The notes: a model not told the origin generated them from the sequence alone. A stretch of 64,000 nucleotides of DNA from an uncultured Gemmatimonadales bacterium (GCA_963821525.1 CAWGED010000005.1:416001-480000); one strand, 5' to 3'. Counted from the stretch's first letter, positions 33,831 through 44,175 are shown. Program-made: numbers and translations.

Positions 33831-34625
33831 CTAAAAGTCGCGCCGGCGGAACCAGCGCAGGCCGATCGTGAGCGGCAAAACGACCCAGATGAGGAGGGCC
33901 ACCGTCGCGGTTGCCATGCCCAGAGCATCGCCGAAGAAGCGCTGGAACACCGCTCCGGTGTAACCCATCAACGCGGCGATGTCGAACTGCAGTAACAGGA
34001 GCACCCGGCCCAAGTCCACCGGATTCAGCATCGTCAGGGCGAGGAGTGGCGACTCGAGGGGATAGTCGCCGAAGGCGAGGACGACCAGCAGCACCAACCC
34101 ATCATACAGCACCGCGAAGCCCAACCACACGGCCAGGGCCGCGCCGAGCCCCCGGGCCCGATCCTCGAAGCGGAGGGCCAGCAGGAATGCGACCGCGGTG
34201 AAGATCAGCGTGAGCAGAACCCCCGTCGCCAGCAGGATGATGAGCGCCCGGGCCGGGATGGAAACCGTGGTGGCCGAACTGACCAGGAGCGGTAGGCCGA
34301 TGCCGAGTCCGAAGCCGCAGACCAGCGGAGCGGTAAGACCCACGTAGAGGCCGGTGAACATGGCGGGACGCCCAACCGGCTGAGCCAGCAGCAGCTCGAT
34401 GAACTCCCGGGCGTTGTAGAGATACAGCGTCCCGAACATGACGCTGGCAAGCGGCACCAGGATAAGCACCACGTCGAGCAGGCTCACGATGGCGCGCTCG
34501 CCACCGCCGCCCAGCCAGAGAAGGGCAGTCGTCAGACCCAACAGCACGATGGTATATCCCAGTAACCAGCGATTGCGAACCAGGTCGTGAAGCTGGAAGC
34601 GAACCACTTTCCCGGCGGTGTTCAT
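33831..34625 (-). CDS. nosY: Nitrous oxide reductase maturation ABC permease
   Basis: REFIELLLAQP, LNPVDLGR, ALMGYTGA; position in the nos operon. Confidence 0.9.
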   Translation of the reverse strand: MNTAGKVVRFQLHDLVRNRWLLGYTIVLLGLTTALLWLGGGGERAIVSLLDVVLILVPLASVMFGTLYLYNAREFIELLLAQPVGRPAMFTGLYVGLTAPLVCGFGLGIGLPLLVSSATTVSIPARALIILLATGVLLTLIFTAVAFLLALRFEDRARGLGAALAVWLGFAVLYDGLVLLVVLAFGDYPLESPLLALTMLNPVDLGRVLLLLQFDIAALMGYTGAVFQRFFGDALGMATATVALLIWVVLPLTIGLRWFRRRDF

Positions 34626-35344
34626 GCAGCATTCTCCCGCATCAAGCTGGCCACCGCGCGCTCCAGATTGGCCAGCCCGGTCAGTTCGATCAGGCTCGCC
34701 AGAGGCCCATGAAACCGGACTCGACCTTCGAGCAGGAACACGATGTCATCGGCCAGCTCTTCCAGCTCGCTCAAGGTATGGGATACCAGCAGAACCGTCG
34801 CTCCGGCGTCTCTCGCGCGGCGAACCTTGTCCTTGAAGATTCCGCTGGCCACCGGATCAAGCCCCGCCGTCGGCTCGTCGAGGATCAGCAGAGAAGGACG
34901 GAACAGGAACGTGGTGGCGGCGCTGAGTTTCTGCCGGGTACCTCCGGAGAGGGTCCTGATCGGCTTGTCGAGTTCAGGCTCCAGCCGGAACTGCTCGATG
35001 AGTTCCTCGTCCAGCCCGCCGTCGGCACCTCTCAAGTCCCGCAACATGCGGAGGACCTCGCGGCCGGTCAGGTTCTCGGGGAACTTCGCGGCCTGCGGCA
35101 TGTACCCGATCGCTCTCCGGTACTCCACCTTGCCGTTGACCGTTTCACCATGCACGGCGAGGCGGCCCAGATCAGCTCTCACCAGGCCAAGAACGATCTT
35201 GATGAGCGTACTCTTCCCGGCGGCGTTGGGTCCGACCAATCCGGTCACTCGGCCCGGCGCGATCCGAAGGTCGATTCCCTTCAGGACCTCGCGAGTTCCG
35301 AAACGCTTGCTGAGGCCTACTGCCTCAACTGCCGGACTGGTCAT
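34622..35344 (-). CDS. nosF: Nitrous oxide reductase maturation ABC ATPase
   Basis: GPNAAGKST, IGYMPQ, LSGGTRQK, DEPTAGLD; lies between nosD and nosY. Confidence 0.9.
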   Translation of the reverse strand: MTSPAVEAVGLSKRFGTREVLKGIDLRIAPGRVTGLVGPNAAGKSTLIKIVLGLVRADLGRLAVHGETVNGKVEYRRAIGYMPQAAKFPENLTGREVLRMLRDLRGADGGLDEELIEQFRLEPELDKPIRTLSGGTRQKLSAATTFLFRPSLLILDEPTAGLDPVASGIFKDKVRRARDAGATVLLVSHTLSELEELADDIVFLLEGRVRFHGPLASLIELTGLANLERAVASLMRENAA

Positions 35345-36594
35345 GGCGCTGCCTCCCGCGTCCACGCCATCCTCGGCAGACTGTCTACTGTCGCCGGGGG
35401 CGTCAGCACCGGCAGGGCGCGTTCCGCCAAATCGAGAAGCCGGGTGAAGAAACTGTTCAGCAGGATGAGCGCCGGAGGATGCTGCTGAACTACCAGTCCG
35501 AACAGCCGCACCGGGGCGAAGGGTACGTCGCCGGTCCCATCCCTATCGAGGTCATACCCCGAATAGCGGTCCCAGTAGTTCCCGGAGAACCGGGTCGCCG
35601 AGTTGACGCTGTTGGTCCCCACGTCGAACGCGTTTCCCGAAAACCGATTGTCCTGGAAACCGGTCTCGACCGCGTCGGCCATCACCAGTACCGCCCACCC
35701 GTTGCGCTCGAAATCGTTCTCGGCCACGGTGAGACGATTGGTTCCTTCGGCGCTCAGGCCGACGCTGTTCCCGGTAAAGCTGTTCCGCTCGATTCGGCTG
35801 TCGCTGATCTCCTTGAGCAGCAATCCGAAAGCGGCCGGCCCCCAGTTGTGCTCGAACTGATTGTCTCGCATGGAGACATCCTTGCTGTACATCACAGCCA
35901 CGCCGGCGCCATTGCCCTCGAACACATTGCCGCTGTACTCGCAGTCGTTCGAGAACATGAAGTGCAGGCCGTAGCGCAGATTGGAGCGGCTCCGATTGTG
36001 GCGGACCTTGGCCGCGGTCGTGAACTCGAAATAGATCCCATCGCGGTGCCCGGCGATGTCGTTGTCCTCGATCAGGAGATGGTCCGAGCTCCAGCTGTGA
36101 ATGGCATTCCCGGACAACACCTCGGTCTTGCCCGATGCCCGCAGCCGGTTGTGACGCACCACGCATCCGCTGGTCTTGGAGAGGTAGATCCCGAAGAAGG
36201 TATCGATGAGGACATTGTCTTCGATGACGCAGCCCTTGGCCTCGATCACCTTGATCCCGGCACGATCATCCGTCGCGCTGGCACCCACCTCCCGGATCTC
36301 CAGGCCACGCAGGGTGACGCTGTCGGCGGTCACGGTGAAGACCTGATGATCGCCCCCGCCATCGAAGACAACGCCGCCGGTCCCGACGATCGTCACTCGC
36401 TTGTCAATCAGAATGGTCGGCTCGTGGTACTGGCCGGGACGAATCACGATGCGGTCTCCGTCCCGCGCGACCCTCAACCCCAGGGTGAGAGTAGGGACCT
36501 CGCCCCTCGGATCCACCACGATTTCTCGAGACGCGGGGGAGGGAAGTGCGGCCTGGACCACGAGGCCGACCAGCCACGCCGTGGCCGCCGGCAT
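35341..36594 (-). CDS. nosD: Nitrous oxide reductase maturation protein
   Basis: Beta-helix repeats, HRDGIYFEF, LRYGLHFMFS, GNYWDRYSGYDLDRDGTGDVPF. Confidence 0.95.
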   Translation of the reverse strand: MPAATAWLVGLVVQAALPSPASREIVVDPRGEVPTLTLGLRVARDGDRIVIRPGQYHEPTILIDKRVTIVGTGGVVFDGGGDHQVFTVTADSVTLRGLEIREVGASATDDRAGIKVIEAKGCVIEDNVLIDTFFGIYLSKTSGCVVRHNRLRASGKTEVLSGNAIHSWSSDHLLIEDNDIAGHRDGIYFEFTTAAKVRHNRSRSNLRYGLHFMFSNDCEYSGNVFEGNGAGVAVMYSKDVSMRDNQFEHNWGPAAFGLLLKEISDSRIERNSFTGNSVGLSAEGTNRLTVAENDFERNGWAVLVMADAVETGFQDNRFSGNAFDVGTNSVNSATRFSGNYWDRYSGYDLDRDGTGDVPFAPVRLFGLVVQQHPPALILLNSFFTRLLDLAERALPVLTPPATVDSLPRMAWTREAAP

Positions 36595-37091
36595 CAGGAA
36601 GCCCGCTGCGGCCCAGCGGCCTCCCGCGTCGCGCCGACGACTGGGGGGTGAGCCTGATGGGACAGCCGCACAACGTCGGGCCAGGTCAGGATGCGACCGC
36701 CAAGCCTCGTGACGAGACTGTCGGCCGCATGACCTGACGACACTGCTATGACGCCGCTTCCCATCGGAGTGCGCAGGCTGTCCAGCTTCAGGTAACTCGC
36801 GGCACCGGCCTCCAGCAGCCGTTTTGGATCGAGGAAATCGTTCACCCAGACCGAGTGGACCTCATCGGGTCGCACCATGCCACTGTTCACGAAGGCCGCC
36901 AGACAACCCGCGTCGTCGAATACGAAGACCCGACCTTTGCGAGTAACCAGCTGGCCACCAAATCGCGGGTCCGACACGGTCATGTGGCAATGTTCGCAAA
37001 GCTCGGCCCCATAGCGCACGGTCCGCGGGCCGGGACTTCCACAGCCTGCGAGGAGCAGGCTGAGGGCCAGCCCTGTACCAGGGGTCCTCAC
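36594..37091 (-). CDS. nosL: Copper chaperone lipoprotein
   Basis: Lipobox LLAGC, CEHCHM, FDDAGC, TPMG. Confidence 0.9.
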   Translation of the reverse strand: MRTPGTGLALSLLLAGCGSPGPRTVRYGAELCEHCHMTVSDPRFGGQLVTRKGRVFVFDDAGCLAAFVNSGMVRPDEVHSVWVNDFLDPKRLLEAGAASYLKLDSLRTPMGSGVIAVSSGHAADSLVTRLGGRILTWPDVVRLSHQAHPPVVGATREAAGPQRAS

Positions 37092-37762
37092 TTGTTAGCC
37101 ACTCTGTATTCTCGCACCGCAATCGCCGCCACGGCGACAAACACCGCGATTAGAATCCAGCCCCCCGAGGCCGGCCAGGAGGTGGCGTAGAAATTCAGCA
37201 GCGCCTTGCCGCCCAACAGTGGAGGTTGATAGCTCATGCCGGGAATCTTGATGATGGCCTGGGGGTCCAGGTCGTGCCCGTATTGGTACCCCCACCGGTA
37301 GAAATCGGCGAGCCCCAGGACCATTCCGATGGCGAGCAGCGAAATCCAGCCGTAAAGCAGGCGCCGCCGTCCCAGCGCCGCTACTCCGAGGCCGGCCGCG
37401 ATGAGGCCCATCACTAACACGGGCATGTACCGGAGTTCAGGAATGTCGTCCGGGCTGATCACCTTCATGCCTATGTAGTGATTCAGGCCGTTGATGCTGT
37501 TCAGATCCTGTGGCGCAGCCCCCTCGATGCGATTGATGGCGATGTACAAACCGAGGCCTTCGGGATACTGCGGAGCCTTGAGGCCGATGTGCCACAGCGG
37601 CAGCACGAACAAGAGACCAAGTGCGAGCGATGCTGTGGCGAGAACCAGGCGGGACATCCTGGACATGCGTGGGGCTCCCGCCTTCTGCTCCACCGCTGCC
37701 GGGACTGGCTCGTCCTGAATGACGCAGCACGAGCAGCAGGTGGGTTCGACTGAGGTCGTCAT
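37088..37762 (-). CDS. Clade II nos-associated membrane protein (NosB-like)
   Basis: PLWHIGLKAPQYPEGLG, LNHYIGMK, YGHDLDP.AII, YQPPLLG; directly downstream of nosZ; start uncertain. Confidence 0.85.
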   Translation of the reverse strand: MTTSVEPTCCSCCVIQDEPVPAAVEQKAGAPRMSRMSRLVLATASLALGLLFVLPLWHIGLKAPQYPEGLGLYIAINRIEGAAPQDLNSINGLNHYIGMKVISPDDIPELRYMPVLVMGLIAAGLGVAALGRRRLLYGWISLLAIGMVLGLADFYRWGYQYGHDLDPQAIIKIPGMSYQPPLLGGKALLNFYATSWPASGGWILIAVFVAVAAIAVREYRVANK

Positions 37763-37808
37763 TGCTTCCTCCGGTTCCATGAGCCAGTCCCGAGATTCCC
37801 GTCCCCGG

Positions 37809-39773
37809 TTACTGAGGGGAGTTGTAGGTGAGCTGAGTCTTTCCACCGGGCGCGGACACCCGGATGTATCCCTGCATCTCCTGGTGCAGCGCCGAGCAGA
37901 AGTCGGTGCAATAGAAGGGGAAGACGCCGACCCGATCAGGTACCCAGGTGACCGTCCGCGTCTGGCCCGGCATGACGAGCAGCTCGGAGTTCCGTGCGCC
38001 GGTCACCGCGAAGCCATGGGGGACGTCCCAGTCCTGCTCGAGGTTCGTGACGTGGAAGTACACGGTATCGCCCAGCTGCACCCCTTCCACGTTGTCGGGT
38101 ACGAAGTGGCTGCGGATCGCGGTCATGTAGATGTGCACTGCTTTGCCATCCCGCTTGACCTTCGTTTCCTTCTCGCTCTTTACGCCATACGGGTCTTTGT
38201 TGTCCGCGATGGCGTAGGTGCGCACCTGCTTGTCCTTGATCATGGCGGCGGGCAGGGCCTGGGCATAGTGCGGCTCGCCGATGGTCGGGAAGTCGAGCAG
38301 GACCTGCATCTTGGCGCCGGTGATATCGATCAGCTGCGCCGACTGGGCCAGTTCCGGGCCGGTGGGCAGGTAGCGGTCCTTGGTGATCTTGTTGAGAGCG
38401 ATCACGTACTTGCCGAACGGTTTCCGCGAGTCGCCACCGGGGATCATCAGGTGGCCGATCGAGTAATACACCGGAATCCGGTCCACCACTTTGAAGTCCT
38501 TGAGACTCCACTTCACGATTTCCGACGAGATGAACATCGAGGTGTACGCATAGCCCTGGCCGTCGAACTCGGTGTGCAGGGGCCCCAAGCCCGGATTCTG
38601 GACCTCGCCGGCAATGACCTCCTCGTACTTGAGGATCGGAATCCCCTCCCGCTCGCCATCAAACTTCTGGTTCTGGATGGCGGCCAGCATCTTGGTAAAT
38701 GAGTGTACCGGGATGACCGTCGCGAGCTTGCCGCCGGCCACGATGTATTCACCGGTCGGATCGACATCCACCCCGTGCGGCGACTTGGGGGTCGGCAGGA
38801 AGTAGACCAGTCCGGGGCAATCCTTCACGGCGAGCACCTTGGTGCTGGTCAGCATTTCCGAGTGGGCGATTCCGGCCTCGTCCGTCCAGTTGTGCGCGTA
38901 CTTGGCCGGCTGCACCTTCGCCTTGCCCGCGGCCACGCACTTCTCGGCCTCCTGCCAATGCACCGCAGCAACGAAGTCCTTGTCATTCTGCGATGCATTC
39001 CGTTCCAGCAGCGTATTGGCTTGTTCGGTGTTGTACGAGGTAAAGAAGGACCAGCCGTGAGACGGCCCCTTGCCTGCGTGTGAAAGGTCGTAGTCGTAGC
39101 CGGGCATCGAGATCTGGAACGCCACACTCATCCGGCCCGTGGTCTTGTCCACGCTGATGAAGGTCAGCTGCCCGGTAAAGTTCTCCTTGTAGGTGGAGAT
39201 CGGCACGTCCTTCTGGGGCGTGGGAACGCTGAACCGGGTCGCCGAAACCGCATACTCGGTGTTCTGGGTGACGAACGGAGAGGCGTGATTGCCCGCGCCG
39301 TTGGGGATCTCCAGGATCTCCTTGGTATCCATCTCGGCCAGATCCAGCCGCGCGACCCGCGGCGTATTGTTGCCGTTGATGAAGAGCCAGCGCCCGTCCG
39401 GCACTCCGTCGGTCTGCGACAACTGGGGATGGTGCGCGTCGTCCCAGGGGATGAAGCCATAACTCGTGTTCAGCATCGGCTTGGTCTGCTCGCTGTAGCC
39501 CCAACCTTTCTCCGGGTCTTGCGAGAACACCGGAATCACCCTGAGCAGCCGACCGGAGGGGAGGCCATAAACCGAGACCTGTCCACTGAATCCACCGGAA
39601 AGGAAGGCGTAGAAGTCATCGTACTTACCCGGCGCCACGTAGACTTTGCTTGCCGCGTCACTGCTGGCGACGGCCGGGCCGGAGCCTTTGCCGCAGCCGG
39701 CTGTTCCCGCCAAGGCGGCAATGAGCGCGGCGACAGCGAAGGCCTGACGGGATTGGGAAACGGCGGCAGACAT
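37809..39773 (-). CDS. nosZ: Nitrous oxide reductase, clade II (Sec-dependent, lipobox)
   Basis: No twin-arginine motif; AGTAGC; YVAPGKYDDFYAFLSGG; CuZ His motifs DAHH, NH, SPHG, PLH, GH, EPH; CuA H...CTDFCSALHQEM. Confidence 0.97.
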   Translation of the reverse strand: MSAAVSQSRQAFAVAALIAALAGTAGCGKGSGPAVASSDAASKVYVAPGKYDDFYAFLSGGFSGQVSVYGLPSGRLLRVIPVFSQDPEKGWGYSEQTKPMLNTSYGFIPWDDAHHPQLSQTDGVPDGRWLFINGNNTPRVARLDLAEMDTKEILEIPNGAGNHASPFVTQNTEYAVSATRFSVPTPQKDVPISTYKENFTGQLTFISVDKTTGRMSVAFQISMPGYDYDLSHAGKGPSHGWSFFTSYNTEQANTLLERNASQNDKDFVAAVHWQEAEKCVAAGKAKVQPAKYAHNWTDEAGIAHSEMLTSTKVLAVKDCPGLVYFLPTPKSPHGVDVDPTGEYIVAGGKLATVIPVHSFTKMLAAIQNQKFDGEREGIPILKYEEVIAGEVQNPGLGPLHTEFDGQGYAYTSMFISSEIVKWSLKDFKVVDRIPVYYSIGHLMIPGGDSRKPFGKYVIALNKITKDRYLPTGPELAQSAQLIDITGAKMQVLLDFPTIGEPHYAQALPAAMIKDKQVRTYAIADNKDPYGVKSEKETKVKRDGKAVHIYMTAIRSHFVPDNVEGVQLGDTVYFHVTNLEQDWDVPHGFAVTGARNSELLVMPGQTRTVTWVPDRVGVFPFYCTDFCSALHQEMQGYIRVSAPGGKTQLTYNSPQ

Positions 39774-39801
39774 GATCGTGCTCTCCTTTAGGTAAACCGC
39801 T

Positions 39802-40311
39802 TCAGTCGTGCTTCTCGGAACCACCCGCCTGGGTGCGTAGGTATTCCAGGACCGAGCGTGCTTGGTCCGGAGTGAGACCCAAGTTCGGCATTTGCATCAT
39901 GTATTCGGCCAGCAGCTGGCGGGCAGCCGGGTGCCTGGTGTACATCGAGTCGGGCGCCAGGATCATGTTCATCACGTAGGTCGGCGTACGCCGGACCGTC
40001 ACCTCGCCCAGCGCCGGGCCCACGTACCGCTCGGCCATCTTGTGGCACGCGCTGCACTTCTCGGTGAAAGTCTTCTCGCCCGCCTCCGCCTTTTCATGAT
40101 CGATCTCCCCGACCTGCACCACCTCAGTGATCGGGCCGACGCCGTTCTCCATCTGAAAGGCCGTCAATCCGCTGGCATCGGTGCCCCCGGCCGCCTGATC
40201 GGCAGGAGGCGCCGCCTCGGCGTTTCCCGACTTGGCCCCGCCACAGCCAACCAGAGCCAGGAGAAGAAGCGCCGCACCAGCCCAACCCGCGTTCGCCATT
40301 CGACTCGTCAT
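39802..40311 (-). CDS. Cytochrome c lipoprotein upstream of nosZ
   Basis: Lipobox LVGC, CSACH, distal Met region YMMQMPN. Confidence 0.9.
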   Translation of the reverse strand: MTSRMANAGWAGAALLLLALVGCGGAKSGNAEAAPPADQAAGGTDASGLTAFQMENGVGPITEVVQVGEIDHEKAEAGEKTFTEKCSACHKMAERYVGPALGEVTVRRTPTYVMNMILAPDSMYTRHPAARQLLAEYMMQMPNLGLTPDQARSVLEYLRTQAGGSEKHD

Positions 40312-40393
40312 CTCGATCTGCCTCGCTAAGGTTCCCACCGGTTCCATCGGTCTTCGAGCAACCTAGAAACCGGTGTGAAGCGCCAACCTGAAT

Positions 40394-40404
40394 CGTTCAT
40401 GAAG
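40394..40404 (-). promoter_or_regulatory. Candidate shared operator (TTCATGAAG), copy upstream of the nos operon
   Basis: CGTTCATGAAG within 11-bp tandem TGAATCGTTCA/TGAAGCGTTCT; same core at 46529 and 54806. Confidence 0.45.
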
Positions 40405-40452
40405 CGTTCTTCACGAGGGCTGCCACATTGGGCGCCTCCATCTTCCGCCGAG

Positions 40453-40486
40453 ATAATACGATATCCGGATGAGAATATCCTATTAT
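40453..40486. promoter_or_regulatory. AT-rich inverted repeat, candidate Rrf2 operator
   Basis: ATAATACGATAT-N10-ATATCCTATTAT (12-bp arms, 1 mismatch) in the divergent promoter region. Confidence 0.55.
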
Positions 40487-40524
40487 ATTGCGGTAAGATT
40501 TCTTCACTAATCGGGAGGTGACCG

Positions 40525-40932
40525 ATGCTGTCCCAAACCGCCGAGTACGCACTCAGGGCGGTCCTCGCAATCGCGCGTGCCCGCGGTGAGGCCGTCGGTG
40601 CTGCCGCCTTGGCGAAGCAGGTGCGAATACCACCCAGCTATCTGGCCAAGACGCTCAATGCACTTGTTCGGAACGGGGTGCTCGTGGGGACGAGAGGAAG
40701 AAACGGAGGTTTCCGTCTGGCACGGCGGCCGAGCCAGATTCCACTTCTCGATATTGTCTCACCCTTCGATGATATAGGGCCAGGACGACGCTGCCTGCTC
40801 GGCCGCCCGACCTGCAGCGACCAGAACCCTTGCGCGGCGCACGCGCGCTGGCGAGGCGTTTCCCAGCGGATCGGCGATTTCTTTGCGGAGACTACGGTGG
40901 AGGATGTGAGTGCGGGGTCAGTGACGGGTTAG
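40525..40932 (+). CDS. Rrf2 family transcriptional regulator (Fe-S type)
   Basis: SQTAEYALRA, YLAKTL, RGRNGGFRL, CLLGRPTCSDQNPCAAH. Confidence 0.92.
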   Translation: MLSQTAEYALRAVLAIARARGEAVGAAALAKQVRIPPSYLAKTLNALVRNGVLVGTRGRNGGFRLARRPSQIPLLDIVSPFDDIGPGRRCLLGRPTCSDQNPCAAHARWRGVSQRIGDFFAETTVEDVSAGSVTG

Positions 40933-42015
40933 AGACAGCACGACCTCGACGGCGATAAGGATGATCACTACCCACTCCAGCAATTCCATCCGCACCCCGG
41001 CTGCCTTGTCGGCCATCTTCTGGTAGATGCTTTCGACAGTAGCCAGCTTCCGGGTGATGCTTGCATCCAACTCGGCCAGCTGAAAGCGGCGCGCCGCAAG
41101 GCGGTAGATCCGGGTCAGATACTCCTCGCCAAAGACCTTCAGAACATTGGTAACCCGCTCCAGCAGCACCGCGCTCTCCAGCTGCAGCTCGGCGACCTTC
41201 CCAACGTCCGCCCTGAATGGGGCAGGGGCCAGTCCCCGTAAACCGCGGCGGCGCGCGAGCAGCTGGTAGGAACGCTCGATCGCCTCGTCGAGTTGTTGGT
41301 CGAGGAAACGCATCTCGAGCAGCTGGACGTTCGCGAAGTCGAGTACCGTGCGGACATCTTCCGGCTCGGGGTCGAGAACCAGCGCCGCGTCCCAGTCCAC
41401 CATCGTCATGTCCTCGAGTCCAAAGGAAATCCGGAGATTGGTCGCTTCCCGGACCTCCTCTTCTGACATCACCGCTGGTTCGCTGCGCAGGATCTGGGCG
41501 ATGATCGCTGCGTGGGTGGTGCACACCGATGCGGCCTCCACCGGCGGCTCCACGGCCTTTACTCCATAGATCGTATAGTCCTCGGTCAGGTTGGCGACCT
41601 TCGGGCGCTGCACAGCGGATCCCAGCTTTGCGATGAGCGCCTCGACCCGGGACCGCGCGTCCTGGCGAAGTGGTTCCCGGTCCCGCAGCGCCAGGCTGAG
41701 GGCGAGCATACGCTCGAACGATCCGGAGGCCTGAAGCCGGTAAGCGACCGTCGCCGCGCCCAGGTCGTACAGCACGATCTCGACCGTGGGCTCGGTTGCG
41801 AACTCGCCGAACAACATGGCCGGTGCCTGCTCCGAAATCTTGAGGGGTGCCGGGCCTTGCAGGACGGGCGCTCCCGCCGGTCCGCGCGGCCGTAGCGTCT
41901 GTCGTTCCCCGCTGGAACCGGCCGCTCGAGCCGCGGCCTCGAGATCGATGGCCCAGCCTACTTCGAAGAAGAAGATGGGGCGGCAGGTCGCGCGGAGTTG
42001 GGGTGTGCCAGTCAT
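40918..42015 (-). CDS. Conserved hypothetical protein with C-terminal TM (RMD1/DUF155-like)
   Basis: FANVQLLEMRFLDQQLD ... MELLEWVVIILIAVE. Confidence 0.7.
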   Translation of the reverse strand: MTGTPQLRATCRPIFFFEVGWAIDLEAAARAAGSSGERQTLRPRGPAGAPVLQGPAPLKISEQAPAMLFGEFATEPTVEIVLYDLGAATVAYRLQASGSFERMLALSLALRDREPLRQDARSRVEALIAKLGSAVQRPKVANLTEDYTIYGVKAVEPPVEAASVCTTHAAIIAQILRSEPAVMSEEEVREATNLRISFGLEDMTMVDWDAALVLDPEPEDVRTVLDFANVQLLEMRFLDQQLDEAIERSYQLLARRRGLRGLAPAPFRADVGKVAELQLESAVLLERVTNVLKVFGEEYLTRIYRLAARRFQLAELDASITRKLATVESIYQKMADKAAGVRMELLEWVVIILIAVEVVLSLTRH

Positions 42016-42099
42016 GCCGAATCCGGTTCAGACGTCTTCATTGTGGAAAGGCGATTTGGGCTTCACATTGTCCCCTCAATCGGGACACGACGCAGAACG

Positions 42100-43061
42100 A
42101 TGAAGCCCCAAAGACCGGAACGGAAGGAGGCAACATCCCATACCTGACCTTCGGCGACCACGCACTGGCCACGCTGCGGGAACGGCGGCAGAAGATGGCG
42201 GAGCGGGAAAAGAAGGCCGCCAGCGATCCTTCCTCGGATCGCATTCACGATTTTCGAGTGGCTTGCCGCCGGATGAACAGCGCGATGACCGCCTGCGCCG
42301 CCGCAGTCGACCTTCCTCCCAAGGTCAGTCCGAAATACCTGACCCGACTGGTGAAAGTGGTGGGGAGACTGCGTGACCTGGACGTGCAGGAGAAGGTCCT
42401 CACCGAGGAAGTCGCGCCGGTGCTGGGGACGGAGGCCGAACCGGTACTGGAGCCGACTCGGAACGACTTGCGTCAACGTCGCAACGAGGCGGAACGAAAA
42501 GTCACTCGCGCTCTCACTCGACCGCGCCATCATCGTTTTGCGTCGGCCTTGGATGACTGGCTGGACCAGCCAGAGCTCACCCATGTGGCGACACTTCCTC
42601 TGGAGGCGGTTCGAGCGGACATCCTGCTTCCCGCTCTGGCGGCACTCCTACTCCACGAGGCCTGGCCGATTGATCTGCAGGAGGCTCTGGGCGCCGGTGC
42701 CCCTCAGCTTCACGACCTGCGGAAGACCGCTCGACGGATGCGCTACCTCGGCGAATGCTTCGAGGGGAGCTACGGGCCTGAGTTTGCCGCTTGGCTCGGC
42801 GAACTGGCACGGGTCCAGGATACTCTGGGCTCGCTCCACGATTCCCAGCTGCTGATTGACTACCTCTCTGATCTTCACGGGCCCAGCGTCACGCCGCGCC
42901 TGTCAGAGGCAGTGCGCGCGCGCCAGCAGCGGGCGCTGGCCGATTGGAGCGAGCTGCGGGCTCGCTACCTCGATCCCCGTTGGCGGGCCGACCTCCGGGC
43001 CATCGTGCTGGGACCGGCCAGCGCGCCGGCCAACACCCAGAGCGACACGACCACCCGCTGA
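42100..43061 (+). CDS. CHAD domain protein (start uncertain)
   Basis: IHDFRVACRR, GRLRDLDV, LHDLRK..RRMRY..E, QDTLGSLHD. Confidence 0.88.
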
Positions 43062-43082
43062 ACCTCTGGCGCGACCAGTCCG

Positions 43083-44078
43083 ATGCGTGCGATGGTGCTG
43101 GACTCCGCAGCCCAACTTACCGAACGAAATCTGCCGCTCCCCGAGCCAGGCCCTCGCCAGGTCCGGGTACGGGTCATCGCGTGCGGCGTCTGCCGCACCG
43201 ACCTGCACATTCGGGACGCCGAGCTTCACCCTCCCCGGCTGCCGCTTGTGCTCGGTCATGAAGTGGTGGGGACAGTAGAGGCGGTGGGTTCGCAGGCATC
43301 GCGCTTTGCTGCGGGAGCGCGGGTGGGAATTCCCTGGCTGGGTTCAACCTGCGGGGTCTGCGAGTTCTGCCGCCGCGGCGAGGAAAATCTTTGCGATCAA
43401 GCCAGGTTCACCGGTTTCCATATGGACGGGGGATACGCGGAGTTTACCCTGGCGGACGAACGGTACTGCCACACCATTCCGGCTCGTTACGGAGACGTAC
43501 AAGCGGCGCCTTTGCTGTGCGCTGGTCTCATCGGTTTCCGTGCCTTGCGTGCCGCCGGAGATCCGAAGCGAATCGGCCTGTACGGGTTCGGAGCGTCGGC
43601 CCACATTATCGCACAGATCGCGAAGGGACAGGGCAGAGAGGTGTTCGCCTTTACCCGGGGTGGCGATGTCGAAGGACAGAAGTTTGCCTTGTCGCTTGGA
43701 GCAACCTGGGCCGGCGGCTCGGACCAATCGCCGCCGGAGCCGCTCGACGCGGCGATCATCTTTGCCCCGGTGGGCTCCCTCGTTCCAACAGCGCTGAAGG
43801 CGGTCCGAAAGGGCGGCTCCGTCGTGTGCGCCGGGATTCACATGTCGGACATCCCGGCCTTCCCCTATGACATCCTGTGGGGTGAACGCTCGGTCCGGTC
43901 GGTGGCCAACCTCACCCGGAAGGACGGCGAGGATTTCTTCCGAATTGTGGAGCAGATCCCGGTTCACACCACAACGGAGACATTTCCGCTTGGTGAAGCC
44001 GAGACGGCGCTTCGCACGCTGCGTCAGGGGAAGCTCAAGGGGGCCGCGGTGTTGCAGGTGGCTGTCGGTGGTTTGTAG
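43083..44078 (+). CDS. Zinc-binding alcohol dehydrogenase family protein
   Basis: CRTDLH, GHE, CGVCEFC...C, GFGASAH, GIHMSDIP. Confidence 0.95.
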   Translation: MRAMVLDSAAQLTERNLPLPEPGPRQVRVRVIACGVCRTDLHIRDAELHPPRLPLVLGHEVVGTVEAVGSQASRFAAGARVGIPWLGSTCGVCEFCRRGEENLCDQARFTGFHMDGGYAEFTLADERYCHTIPARYGDVQAAPLLCAGLIGFRALRAAGDPKRIGLYGFGASAHIIAQIAKGQGREVFAFTRGGDVEGQKFALSLGATWAGGSDQSPPEPLDAAIIFAPVGSLVPTALKAVRKGGSVVCAGIHMSDIPAFPYDILWGERSVRSVANLTRKDGEDFFRIVEQIPVHTTTETFPLGEAETALRTLRQGKLKGAAVLQVAVGGL

Positions 44079-44175
44079 TCAATAGTCGATGGTCGATAGT
44101 CAGCAGTCTGTTGACCAGGGGCCAACGACCACTGACCACCGCCATATGACCATCGACTATCGACCATCGACCACT
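44077..44175. repeat. Heptamer-repeat hairpin between convergent genes (TAGTCGA/TGGTCGA vs TCGACCA/TCGACTA)
   Basis: Left TAGTCGATGGTCGATAGTC, right GACCATCGACTATCGACCATCGACCA. Confidence 0.8.
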
